Of a stretch of DNA of 64,000 nucleotides, positions 26,076-38,074 are shown in pieces. The stretch covers positions 17,546,001-17,610,000 of the forward strand of contig NC_087249.1 of assembly GCF_037042905.1 (NCBI RefSeq), in the 5' to 3' direction. The position numbers were made by a program, and so were the translations under genes. How positions within the stretch are numbered: position 1 is the first letter of the stretch; each line of letters begins with the position of its first letter. The notes below the pieces were generated by a model. It saw nothing but the letters and a program-made list of their open reading frames with translations, was not told the DNA's origin and did not search any database. The DNA is from Lytechinus pictus. Its lineage: Eukaryota.

Positions 26076-28565
26076 TCACAGAATCTGTTTCAACCTCGTC
26101 ATCTGATAGTGAGAATTCTGCGTTTCATTCTCCGAATCATTCTCCGGATCAAAGTCTTCGCCATCGTCATCGTCCTCGTCAGATAACAACGAGTCCAAAG
26201 AATTCGCTTCAATAACCTCGTAGGAATCTTCAGGGGAAGCATCGTAACTTTGAGTCGTTCCCTCTGCTTCAGTTTCATACACAGATGTGGTAGATGATTC
26301 GCTATGGTTGTCGGATGACGTAGTCGTCTCTGCTTTGGTCCTATTGGCGAGCTCTTTCTCAACGGGTATGCTCTCGTAATGAGGGTTCTTTGATAACCTT
26401 TCCCTTACCTCTTGGATAATGGACGATTGTATTACATTGACCTTGTCATATCCACCATATCTAAGTGATGCAGAAGGGCCTGTGAAATCTTCAGGATCTG
26501 CATAGAGGGGTGAAGATGATGGTAACGATCGCGACTTGCTAAATGGTACGTCAGGTTTTGTTTTACTCTCCGATTCCCTACTAGGAACGCTTGGTGATTC
26601 TTCCATTTGGGAGGTATCGTCGTATCCGCCATGTGACAATCCTGTGACCTCGGAGTAGGCTGGCACTTTGGAAAAATTGTCAATGTCCACTCGTTCTTTA
26701 GACATTGACATCCACTTCCTGGTCTTGGAAACGGAAGACTTTCCGACTTTTTGAGATATGTATCTCCTCCCTTTCTTGTTGGGTTTTGCATACTGAGGAA
26801 ACATCCCCAAGCCTGTGATCGTCGTATCCAGAGAAGATTTAGATCCATCTGGCACTGCATATGACCCGGGCTCTGATGCTTTTCGATGAAACGGATCCCG
26901 ATTTCCCTCTTTAAAATCAATTCCTACAAAGGCACCTGTTCCTTGAGATGCCCATTTTCGGATTTTCGGCTTCTCTGGTTTGGCATAGACCACAGAGATA
27001 ATATCGGCATCGTTATCACTTCCACACGGAGTCACGCCCTGCGACGCCCACTTCCTAAGATTCATCTCAAGTGGTTTAGCGTAAACGACAAATGGCTCAG
27101 ACTGCTTTCTATCTCGGAAATCCATTTTAGTAATGCTATCTTCGAGTCCATGGTAATGGATCTTTTGATCGGGTAAAGACGAACGTCTTATAGGAGTTTC
27201 GGACGACGTTGTAAGCGGTGGTGATCGTAGAGTTACCTCTGGGATATCCGACGTAGAGGGTACTGATACAGCATATGCGGAGACGTCGTCAGTAGTGTTC
27301 TTGACTTCTTGTTCGTCTGATTCATCCAATACCAACGTGGTTTCCACCAGCTCAACTGACAGTTCAGAGGTATAGTTTGCTTGGAGAAGAGCCACCTTTC
27401 TTCGCCTGCGACGGGCACACACCCCAACCACGGCGAGGATACAGAAGATCATCGTCCCCATGGATGCAACAATAATGATAATCATGTACAAAGTCCGGGC
27501 TTTCATCGAAGAGGCGAAAGTCGGGGTTACGGTATTCGCGTCAGTAGAGTTAGTCAAAGATGTACTAGTGGTATCGGTTGTAGTCTGGAGGGCAGGTAGA
27601 ATACGAAGAACAGACTCAACTGTAATCATAGTACCAGGTAAATCAGATGCGATGCATACTAAAACAGTATTGTTCTCTTGAAGAACGGGGGTAAATTGAA
27701 CGTTCAGGGAATCCACGAAAGATGATCTACCTAGATTCTTTCCATCTTTTGTGATCAAGAGGTCTATGGGATTGAGTCCATGACCGTCGATACTGCAAGA
27801 GAAATTTGCAACATTTCCTTCGTAGACATCATTGATAAGAGGGTCCATTCGAATGCGTGCTATCCGACCGGAAATGACGTCACATGTGGAGTTGATGGAA
27901 ACTGTAGAATTAGCCAGGACAAGACCGCAAGCGAAGCCATAAATGTGCGAAGACACAATTCTGCCAATAATGCGATTCGCAAGGGTAATGTTATGTCCGA
28001 TTGGTGCACCATTCCAAAACAGAGAAGGTCGTGTGTTTGGACCTCCGTTAATCCACGAGCAAACGATGTCGACTTCGCTATCCTGGCCAGGAAGCATTGG
28101 TATCTGGGCAACCGTGCATACTGGGGGTGACAATATCATCTCTGGAGGTCGATGTGACACCCGAACATTAACATAGGCAGAGTTTCCTAATCTTTTATAG
28201 ATATTCATTGAATTTAGGTAGCCGCATTCATACCATCCTGTATTTTCGATTTCTGCATGGATGATTTGCAAATTAAACGAACGAACACCTTCGTCGACCA
28301 GAACGTTATAATTTCGTGGCAGTCCTTCGTTGTTGTAGACATGACCCCCTTCGCTTATAAAGACGTTCTTGCTTGCGTGATACCATAGAATCGTGTTCAC
28401 ACTTTGATCTGTGACGTCACAAATCAGGGTTATCAACTCACCAATACCAACGGTTGCATTTGTTGGTCCTTGTTCTATACGAATGGCTTCTGATGCTTGC
28501 AGATGAGAGAAGATGATGACAGAAAGAACTAAAAGAATGACTTGTGTGTACTTTGAACAAGCCAT
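26076..28565 (-). CDS. Intronless type I transmembrane Ig-superfamily receptor (829 aa): signal peptide, 3 Ig domains, Thr-rich stalk, TM helix, long Tyr-motif cytoplasmic tail
   Basis: 2.49-kb uninterrupted ORF in AT-rich DNA with a hydrophobic N-terminus. V/I-set pattern TLIC..W..LQI..NTGWYEC and two further Cys-paired Ig-like units. TM segment LYMIIIIVASMGTMIFCILAVVGVCA is followed by RRRRRK. Confidence 0.9.
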   Translation of the reverse strand: MACSKYTQVILLVLSVIIFSHLQASEAIRIEQGPTNATVGIGELITLICDVTDQSVNTILWYHASKNVFISEGGHVYNNEGLPRNYNVLVDEGVRSFNLQIIHAEIENTGWYECGYLNSMNIYKRLGNSAYVNVRVSHRPPEMILSPPVCTVAQIPMLPGQDSEVDIVCSWINGGPNTRPSLFWNGAPIGHNITLANRIIGRIVSSHIYGFACGLVLANSTVSINSTCDVISGRIARIRMDPLINDVYEGNVANFSCSIDGHGLNPIDLLITKDGKNLGRSSFVDSLNVQFTPVLQENNTVLVCIASDLPGTMITVESVLRILPALQTTTDTTSTSLTNSTDANTVTPTFASSMKARTLYMIIIIVASMGTMIFCILAVVGVCARRRRRKVALLQANYTSELSVELVETTLVLDESDEQEVKNTTDDVSAYAVSVPSTSDIPEVTLRSPPLTTSSETPIRRSSLPDQKIHYHGLEDSITKMDFRDRKQSEPFVVYAKPLEMNLRKWASQGVTPCGSDNDADIISVVYAKPEKPKIRKWASQGTGAFVGIDFKEGNRDPFHRKASEPGSYAVPDGSKSSLDTTITGLGMFPQYAKPNKKGRRYISQKVGKSSVSKTRKWMSMSKERVDIDNFSKVPAYSEVTGLSHGGYDDTSQMEESPSVPSRESESKTKPDVPFSKSRSLPSSSPLYADPEDFTGPSASLRYGGYDKVNVIQSSIIQEVRERLSKNPHYESIPVEKELANRTKAETTTSSDNHSESSTTSVYETEAEGTTQSYDASPEDSYEVIEANSLDSLLSDEDDDDGEDFDPENDSENETQNSHYQMTRLKQIL

Positions 28566-28611
28566 CGTTGATGAGATGTAGTCCAGGTTTTCTAATAGCT
28601 TCTATGTTCGG

Positions 28612-28645
28612 CTGATTAAGCAACCAAATTAGACAAAATGAATCA
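28612..28645 (-). promoter_or_regulatory. Probable splice acceptor 46 nt upstream of the Ig-receptor ATG, implying a non-coding 5' exon further upstream
   Basis: Minus strand reads TTTTGTCTAATTTGGTTGCTTAATCAG|, i.e. a branch-like CTAAT, a T-rich tract and AG. Confidence 0.45.
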
Positions 28646-30443
28646 TTCTCTAATTGTGTATGCAAATGGTGTTGATCTGAGATTGAACTCGGAATAATAC
28701 CAATAACACTTGTTCCTGCACTTGCTGTATGTGCGAATAGTACACCATTGAACTCGTATTGATACCAGAGTCATCCGCTTGGTTTTAGATTGACTCAATT
28801 CACACAATAGGGCTTCATATGCACTTCCTGTCATGGTCAATCAACGTATAAGTTCTTTGTATAATGAATCATTAAATAAGCGACGGTTGCTTCATTAAAA
28901 GTTTGTTTTGAAGTGATTAACACGATCAAACTGTATGACTTTAAACGTACTGAATAATCCCCTGTCCATATCAAAACTTCAGAGAGTTTTAATTTTGGTG
29001 GTAAGTGTTTAATGCTTCAAAAATATATGAAGAGACGAGATTTGTCCTCCAATTATGGTCGACAATCATGTTAAACAATATTGACACGACCGCTGAACAC
29101 AATTATATTTCGTATAATGGTAGAAAGCCACTTGACAATAAGTAGGACAGCTTCAGTTGAAATGTCTAAATATCGTTTTCAGCTCACATTTCGCCGTTAT
29201 CCGCAAATAAAGAGATGGGTGTCGAGGTAAGGTCCAAACTTATATTCAGATGAAAACTCTCGACTGATATACCGTTTAGAAAAGTAAAGGTGTTGCAAAG
29301 AGCTTTCTCAGAACTGATTTTCTTTCCAACGTACATAAACGCATATTTCGTTCTCAGCGGGAATAGTTGCCGTTGGTTTAGATAACACGAACTTTTTTTG
29401 CAAACGCGGAAATTAATCATTTAAAAGTTTCACATCAAAACTTCTTTTATCGCGAGATCTCGTGTCTGGGGTGTATTGCAACTTGCGTGGGGCCGTTTAC
29501 TTCGCCAAATGGCACTCCGTTTGAATGTTGAACTTGGTAATACATCATGTGGTTTTCATTAACGGAGACAGATTTCCTCCATATCTTTAGATTACATTTC
29601 AGCCCCCCCCCCTTCCTCTCACTAAACAAGAAAAGTACTGTCAAGATAAAGATATGATGGAAATGATATCCAGTTACAAAAGCAAAAATATCCAAACGAA
29701 CATAAAGCTAATGATTTATGGCAACATAAAATGGATAAAAGAGATGTTAAAGTAAGTCCATGTGAATGCAACCCCTACCCCCAACTTTGCCTATTCCTCA
29801 ACGCGCTCCTGGCCATCCTCTGAAGTGCAGGCGATCACGTGTAAGCCTAATTCAGATTGAAGCGGATACATTAAGAATGCACTGCTGGATCGTGACGACG
29901 AGTCCCCGGTAATAACAAAAAAAAGAGAGAAAGAGGTGGAGAGAAACATACAAAAAGAAAGAGGAAGCAAAGAGAAAGACACAGACACAGAGAGCGAGGT
30001 TGTGTACGTGTGTGTGAGAGAGAGATAGGAGGAAAAGGAAAATTGTCTGATTGAAGAGGGAGAAAGGGAAAGAGAACATGGAGAAAGAGAGAGGGGGAGG
30101 GGAGAACGAAGGATAAAGAGGTAGACACAGGGAGAAGACGTCCTGAAGAGTAAAGCGGTCAACATGAGAGAGAAATGTTGCAAATATAGTCAGGGAGGAA
30201 ATGCGGAAATGAGGCATTCATGTAGGAATTTCCTCGGGCATGGCACCGCAAGCCACGAGTACAACTCTTGGCTTTATTCATCGATATTTGGCCACGATTT
30301 CTTTATTTGTAGTTCATAGAGAAACCGAAGCTATATATCTTACGGAAATTATATGTGGGTCAATGCTCTGCAATGTCGTATGTAATCTCAAAAGACGAAG
30401 AGATACTATCTTTCTTGGCAATACCTTCTTTCCCCCATTCTAA

Positions 30444-30541
30444 GGCTATAGTCACACCAATGAAACCGACTCCAGACCGATCAAATCGAATAGCATATCA
30501 TTTGTCGGTTTGGGGTCGGTTACATTGGTGTGACTGCACTA
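30444..30541. mobile_element. 98-bp hairpin MITE (Harbinger-like)
   Basis: ~31-bp arms AGTCACACCAATG.AACCGAC.CCA.ACCGA; flanks TAA / TTA; a decayed relative lies at ~32278-32365. Confidence 0.6.
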
Positions 30542-31127
30542 TTAGTCAAGCTTGTAACTTCACGCTCCTTTCACCCAGGTGCATGCCCAGGCTACATGCC
30601 AGTTGTGTAGGTTTAATATTCCACTAAAAAAATGATGTTATCAGTGCTCGTGACTCTAAATCAGTCATCGATATCTTGCTAGACGAGCTTGAAGTAAAAA
30701 AAGGAAAAAAGTGAAATTAAAAGTTGAAATGTTGAAGGCTAAACTGATATCGCTACCGTCATCTGTATCTTTATAATTCCTTTACGTCTTTTAAAAGACA
30801 CACAGAGCTAAAATCAATCACATACATTTTTAGAACAACCTTGAGAACAACCCAACAGAACAGATGCCGGTCAGATCCTCAATGAATTGAACTTTTTTCT
30901 ATAACATGTTTTAATAATATTTCCTTTTTTACCAGAAATGTGTCAGCTCTGGCGTAGAATACAATTACTGGTCATTATTGCGTAGTTATAAAGTGATAGA
31001 TGCATGAAATTATAGATATACAAAATAGTTGTTGTTTATGACGATCGAATTCTTTGAATTATATCTACTTCACACAAGTGCTCGTTAATGCCCATTTCAT
31101 CTTGGGCTGCCGCCCGATCGTCATTAA

Positions 31128-31736
31128 AGGTCAAGTCTACCCCAGCAAAATGTTGATTTGAATCAATAGAGAAAAATCAAACTAGCATAACACTGAAAAT
31201 TTCATCAAAATCGTATGTAAAATAAGAAAGTTATGCCATTTTAAAGTTTCGCTTATTTTTCACAAAACAGTGATATGCACAACTTAGTGACATGCAAATG
31301 AGTCAGTCGATGAAGTCCATCACTCACTATTTCTTTTGTTTTTTTATTGTTTGAATTATACAATATTTCATTTTTTACTGATTTGACCATAGGGACCGAC
31401 TTGACTTAATCATAATAGTATTAAACAATGCTAATTCCACATGTTCAGGAATGAATTAATCACTGTTTCACTTGACAATGAGGAGAAAATGAGAATATTT
31501 CATATTTCGTATAACAAAATACAAAAGAAATAGTGAGTGGATGACGTCATCAGTCTCCTCATTTGCATACCAACCAGGATGTGCATAATTATAACTGTTT
31601 TGTGAAATTAAGCCAAATTTTAAAATGTCATAACTTTCTTATTTTACATCCGATTTTGATGAAATTTTCAGTGTTATGCTTGTTGGATTTTTCTCTCTTT
31701 ATTCAAATCAATTTTTTGTTTGGTCGGACTTGTCCT
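31128..31736 (+). mobile_element. Kolobok-like MITE family B
   Basis: TTAA|AGGTCAAGTC ... GACTTGTCCT|TTAA. Confidence 0.87.
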
Positions 31737-33120
31737 TTAACCAAGTAATAACATGAAATTGTAAAGAAATGAATGAATCATTCTACTTCTGGTAAATTTG
31801 TCGGAGGATTATTAATTAGTCTCAAGAGATTTGGGGTATAGTTGTCGGTGATGGTTGTGATAATTCAGATTATAGTGTGTCATATTTCATTTTTATTATC
31901 TGGTCACGTCTGATGCGGAAGACTATGGACAGGAGCTGCAAAGCAGTTACTTCGCATCCACCGTGTATAGTCTTCCGCATCAAATGTTTTGTAGACGTTC
32001 CGAGTAACAGCATCCGACTCGTAAAGGCAAAAACAAAAGCTAAAGCCTCCCCCTAAATATTTTTTTGTCAAATTTGCATGCAAGTTTGCTTTATTTCACT
32101 AACAACGACACAGGGAATCGATGACTGTTGGGATGGCTTGATGACATTTCTTAAGTCGGATCTTAATTTAAAAGCTTTTACATACAATTTTTTTGTAATG
32201 TGTCAAATTGTCAGCAGTTGTGTTGCTGCAAGTTTAAACGCCGTCATTGCCAATATGTCACTTGACTATCCTCGCCAAGTCACACGAAGGAAACCGACTC
32301 CAAACCGACAGATAGTATATCGATGGAAATAACGTAATACCTTTGGCTGGTCTGATATCGGTCGTGCCTGTATGTCTGTGTCATAGCTTATGCTTCATTT
32401 TCTCGAATGTGAGGAAGTAATATAAGCTATATGAATGCATAATCTTGCCAGAAGAAATGACGAGCTATCGATTTTACCCATCAAAGGGAGAAGTATTAAA
32501 GTACATACGGAAGTTGTTAAAGTGACGCACCACCAGGCAGGGGCGGTCCAAGGGGGGGGGGGTGAGGGTGCACGTAGCCTGTAAAATTGTAACCAAAAAA
32601 AGAAAAGAGAGAGAGAGAAAGAAAAGAGAAAAGCCCAAATTCCTTTATTTGTTATTAATGACCTTTTTTTTTAAGTTTAGCTTGTCGAATATTGGGACAA
32701 AATAGACCCCTTTCAGAAGAATTCCCGCCTTATGTCACAGATGGGGGAGTTCCTTCGAATTATCTGAAAAGCAAAGCCAAGTAGACGCCAATGTCCCCAT
32801 AATGGCAAAATGGAGGTGCACTTCTCAAAAAGGGAAATTAAGACAGTAGCAATGTTAAGCAGAAGAGGGGGATTTGCCTACTGCCCCCTGCCCTGCATTC
32901 TAGATACTCTACACCCCGGGAAGTATAGTTTCACTGAATAGTATCTATAGGCCTATTCGGAAGTGAACCTTATGTCAGGTGTTGTGATTTGTGTCACCTC
33001 GGGCATGATTGTTGTTGTTTATCTGATGTACTAAAAATGGAATCCTAAAATAGTTTCCACCATCCACATGGTGGCATGAGGGGGTGCGGAGCAGACTCCC
33101 CCCCCAAAAAAAAAAAAAAA

Positions 33121-33121
33121 A

Positions 33122-33157
<36 letters not shown>

Positions 33158-33179
33158 TAATATAATAATAATAATAATT
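33121..33179. repeat. (AAT)n microsatellite
   Basis: Seen directly. Confidence 0.85.
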
Positions 33180-35206
33180 GTATTATGGCAAGGGTTTGTT
33201 CAACATTGCTGAAATGCAAGCAAAATAAGCGCTGTTTACAATATTTTGTTACAAAAACTTTTATACAAGGGAATAATATTTGTCCCGTTTAAAACGCTTA
33301 TCAATCAGCTCTATCGGTTTGCCACCTTGCAAATATATTCAAGAAAGCCTAATACGGGTCAATATCGATAGCTCACATATTTCATATGTCTATTTTATTC
33401 AAAGTAGCGAAACAAAATGAGGAAAAGGAGTAAAAACGGGCGGGGCCGGGGGGGGGGAGAAAAGTCATGAAACTATTATTCAGTGATCAATTACATTTAT
33501 TGACCTCATGTATTCTAAGCAACTGAAATCGTTGCATCTGCTTGACTCACAGCACAATTACCGATGAAAATAACTATTTGTTTCAGGAAATGCTCCCCTG
33601 GTTTATATTTAATTCCCCCGTTATTTGATTGGAAAAGAAAATACCATGTCAAGGCCCTGGAGCCGAGCCTACCGTCCAACAAGACTGCGCGGTCTAGCAC
33701 TTTAGAATTCAGACAATCATGTTTTAATTCAAATGGACAGGTGCAATTTTTCTAATTCTCTCTAATCATTATTATAGGTAAGATTAATAGAAATATAATA
33801 TTTTGGGAGTGTTTTAAGAATTATACAGAGGTAATCATGGTAATGGTAACAGCCAATTGATAACATTTTTGTGATTGAACAAATTCCTTCTAATTAGGTA
33901 AATTAAACCTATCAACTTTTCATTAGTGCATATACAGCTAAAAATTAAAACGATAAGCACTAACTCAAATATTGCGCCCAACAGCCCCCCCCCCTCTTCT
34001 CCTATCTAACCTTATACTCTACCCCTCTCTAATAAACTACGCCCTCTATAAATGGTGTCATGTGTTTTATGGTGGCTACGGGACAGAAAATAGAGACTTA
34101 CAGTCACGTTCTTAATTCTCATGCCCAAAAATACCGATTTTCATGTACATGTATGTTGGGTGTACTCTGGAGTATATTGGGCGACCACAAAGATCTTGAA
34201 CTTTTCAACATAATTGCAGTATTATCACGGGCGTCTATTTGGGATTGCTCCAATATTGGTCGACATCATTAGGGGAGTAAAATTATGATAATTCCTCAGT
34301 GATAACTGTCGAATAGAGACATCTTTTCATCAGGGGCGGGGCCAAGGTAATTTATATTCTTCTTCTTTCTTTCTTTCTTTCTTTTTTTTAACTTTATCCT
34401 CTTCCTTTTTTGTTTGACCCTTTTCTCCTTAAAAAAATGTTTCCCACTGCTTAAAGGGGGAGTGAACTGTGTGTGGTCTCTCATTGACTGTGTGTAATAG
34501 GTCCATGGTGTAATAAATGCAGTCTTAGAGTATACATTTTCAGACTATTAATTCTACAGAGAATAAATTGACCTATAAGTGTATTTTGTATAGAGAAACT
34601 AAAATGATTTGAGAGGAAAAGTAATTGTTTTGCTACTTGGTAACATAATTATTGCGGCATAAATGTAATTAACATGTTATATTTCAAGTGGGTCTATGTT
34701 ACTAGACTACACTAGCATTATGGGTCAGGACACTGGCCAGGTATGAGTAGTTGAGGACTCGAGATGGCGCTATTGGTTCGTATCTGCTAGTGTTCCTGTA
34801 TAGAATACGCATGCGCATGTGACAAACAGCAGTTTGCTGCTATTTTAAAGATTGATTTCTATAGGCCTACACTCTAAAATTCAAGGGGTTAGTTAGGGGT
34901 TAAAAACTAGATTCATGACATTGTAAACAGATAATACAGATTGTCGATTAAGACACGCACACACAAGGTAACTATGGAACGGTTCTGACACATGGACTGT
35001 TTCAAATGTAATTTCTCTCAAGCTCGATTAAAATGTTATAAGAGAGTGACGTCAATTCTTGTTATTTCTTAAACTAACCTCACTAATCACTTTTTAATCC
35101 ACATCACCATTTTCAATCATCAACACCAATGCTACCTGTATCACGATGGAAGAAAGCACTAATTACAGTATACCTAAAAGCTATTGAATAACATTAATAA
35201 AACTAT

Positions 35207-36910
35207 TTATGAGCTTCTCTTATCAAAAGATTTTCCTCCTAACAACGACTCCGATTTCCCAGAAGTACCCATGAAGCTTATTATGTTGTGGAGAGTGTCT
35301 TTCTCAGTAACTGAAGTTAAATCAATAGTCTTTTTCATTCCTAAATCTCTTTGCTCTAGTTACTCAACGATTCTCCAGTGATCAGTTATTCTGATCCTTC
35401 ACACAGTGAGATCAGCAGGCCTCTTGACGTTACTGAGGCAGTTGAGATGGGCTAATTTGTCTCTCATTAAAGTTCCAATAAGTGTCTCAGGCCAGTTCAA
35501 TGATGGAATGGCTCCCTAACAATAAATTATTCTGGTCTTTCGGTGGGTAAAATTACTCTATTAAAGCAACTGAGGAACTGTCCTTAGTACCTTCATCATT
35601 ATGTTTAGAATAGTAGAAGGAGGACCGAGAAGTGGTTTACCAGAAATCAAGCGACTAATCTCATCAAGGATTGGGTTGCTAGGCCATGCATGCTCTTATG
35701 GATTGATTCGGACTTTGTAAAACAACTGAGGCAGTTCAGACTGTCCTCAGTTACTTCTAAGTCTACATTCTAATTGGGATACAGCTTATTCATCCTTCTA
35801 TCTAGCTCTTCCAGAGATGGATTAAGAAGTGATTCTCCTGCAATCAAGCGATCAATCTCATCAAGGGTTGGGTTGCTAGGCCATTCAGGACTCTCACAGA
35901 ATGATTTGGATTTCCTGAAACAACTGAGGCAGTTCAGACTGTCCTTCTCAGTTGCTTCTAAGTCCACACTCCAATTGGGGTACAGCTTCTTCATCTTCTA
36001 TCTAGCTCCTCCAGAGATGGATTAAGAAGTGATTCTCCTGCAATCAAGCGATCAATCTAATCGAGGGTTGGGTTGCTGGGTCATTCGGGACTCTCACAGA
36101 ATGATTCAGATTTCCTGCAAAAACTGAGGCAGTTTAGACTGTCCTTCTCAGTTGCTTCTAAGTCCACTCTCCAATTGGGGTACAGCTTCTTCATCCTTCT
36201 ATCTAGCTCCTCCAGAGATGGATTAAGAAGTGATTCTCCTGCAATCAAGCGATCAATCTCATCAAGGGTTGGGTTGCTGGGCCATTCAGGACTCTCACAG
36301 AATGATTTGGATTTCCTGAAACAACTGAGGCAGTTTAGACTGTCCTCAGTTGTGTCTAAGTCCACACTCCAATTCGGGTACAGCTTCTTCATTCTTCTAT
36401 CTAGCTCCTCCAGAGATGGATTAAGAAGTGATTCTCCTGCAATCAAGCGATCAATCTCATCAAGGGTTGGGTTGCTAGGCCATTCAGGGCCTTTCGACAG
36501 TTATTCTGATGTCATTCCATGGCAGCGCGACTTTCTGAAAAATGCCAAGCAGCTTCCAAACAATGATCGGGATCGCTTGCTCTGTTCCTCATCGTCTTCC
36601 CAGTAATCCGGAATAACCATATCCGGGTACAACTTTATCATCCTGAGGTCAAGTTCCATATCTTCCCAAGATGTCTTCACATCTCCTGACTCATTTGGTT
36701 GGTATGATTTCCGGAAACACTTGAAGATACCCTTTGCACGTTTCATCATTGAGCGGAGAGTGGCCCATGCCTTCCCCCCTTACGGACGCCACCGGAATTG
36801 AACTGCTCAATGCTGCGGTCGACGATTTCCTGGAAGTACTCTTCAGGTAGAAGGTCTAAATCTGTCACAGAAGACGAAAGCGCAGGATCGACTTTTCTTT
36901 CTGCTCTCAT
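35207..36910 (-). pseudogene. Disabled intronless ORF of an unrecognised tandem-repeat protein
   Basis: AAAGATG start at 36910. Frame continues through a G6-run frameshift (36774-36779), stops at 36501, 36081, 36058 and 35770, and a 1-bp deletion near 35995. Diverged repeat copies continue to TAA near 35207. Confidence 0.6.
35640..36490 (-). repeat. Tandem repeat, about 4.3 units of 197-201 bp (WPSNPTLDEIDRLIAGESLLNPSLEELDRRMKKLYPNWSVDLEATEKDSLNCLSCFRKSKSFCESPE)
   Basis: Register marker CATTC/CATGC at 35685, 35882, 36082, 36283 and 36481; units are near-identical. Confidence 0.95.
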
Positions 36911-38074
36911 CTTTAGAATTAGTTCAAAACAGCTAAACATAACTGAATATGAAAGTTCAATATTGCTGAAAAAAATCAGACAAAGCTTGCTTCGAGAGGA
37001 CTCGGGACACAAACTGAGATTTACAAACAAACGCACAAAGATAACGTTTGACCGGGTGACGTAAACAATGACCGCGCATAATATCATACGCATGCGCGTA
37101 GAGTAATCAGCCATCATACCTGAGTTGCAATCAATCGCTACTTGATTTTCTAATTTTTCTACCAATCAACTGCGCGCATTTGGGACTTGCGATTGACTTT
37201 TTTTTATTTGCGTATAAACGCAACTCTTTCTGCAACGGACCCCTGTTTATGTATTGAGAAAAAAGGAATAATTTTTTAGAATGGATATTATGGAAGCATC
37301 CCGGGGGGGGGGGGGGCACTTCCATTGACGAGTGGATACCATGCGCGACCAAGGGGTCTCGAAAAGCACCCTAAACACGTATTTTCCATATACTGAAAAT
37401 GCACTCTTTAATAAGTATTGGCGTGTGAAACCCTACCCTTAACAAGTACTGGAAACAAACCGATACTATTGGCAAGTATTCCCTGAATTGAACTCCTAAA
37501 GAAGTACAGCGATATTTCAATTGTTATGTCACGGACGTCGGTCGTCGGTACCTACATCAGTGGGTTTAGTACAGCCCCACCTCCCACACTTCGCGCAAAT
37601 CGTACTCTAAACACGTAGTGTTGACTCTTGGGGCATCATCCAATAGAACACCCAAAAAAAAAATCCTCATCGAAAGCTACCCCCCCCCCCCCCACCAAAA
37701 AAAAGGCTTGCGAATTACAGAACGCAAAATACTTAGTAAATCTGTTTTTATTCAAAACTCTGGTTGATGATAAAAGATATATTTTACAAATATTTTTTAG
37801 CTTTCATGCCCTTACGTTAATCTGTTGTTCTAGGTACAATATCAATAAACTACATTTATCAAAACCACCAGTTTTTCTCATTTTTTTTTTCATGGAAGTT
37901 GGATCCGAATTTTGAAAACTTATAGGGCCATACGATACAGAGATCCACTCCCACGTCACATTATAATAAGTTATCAAAAGTTACGAAAATTATTGCATCT
38001 GATTAACTCTGAAAAAAAAAATCAGTCCGTGAAAATCACAGGCTATTTGCTTGATGAAACATACCTATGTTTGG

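Noticed and set aside
26886-28176. Plus-strand ORFs overlapping the Ig gene
   Set aside because: Antisense shadows of the real CDS.
29791-30217. Overlapping Leu/Ser/Phe-rich ORFs
   Set aside because: GA/CT low-complexity sequence with few stop codons; no protein features.
34697-34991. Possible solo LTR (TGT...ACA)
   Set aside because: No TSD, second LTR or convincing primer-binding site found.
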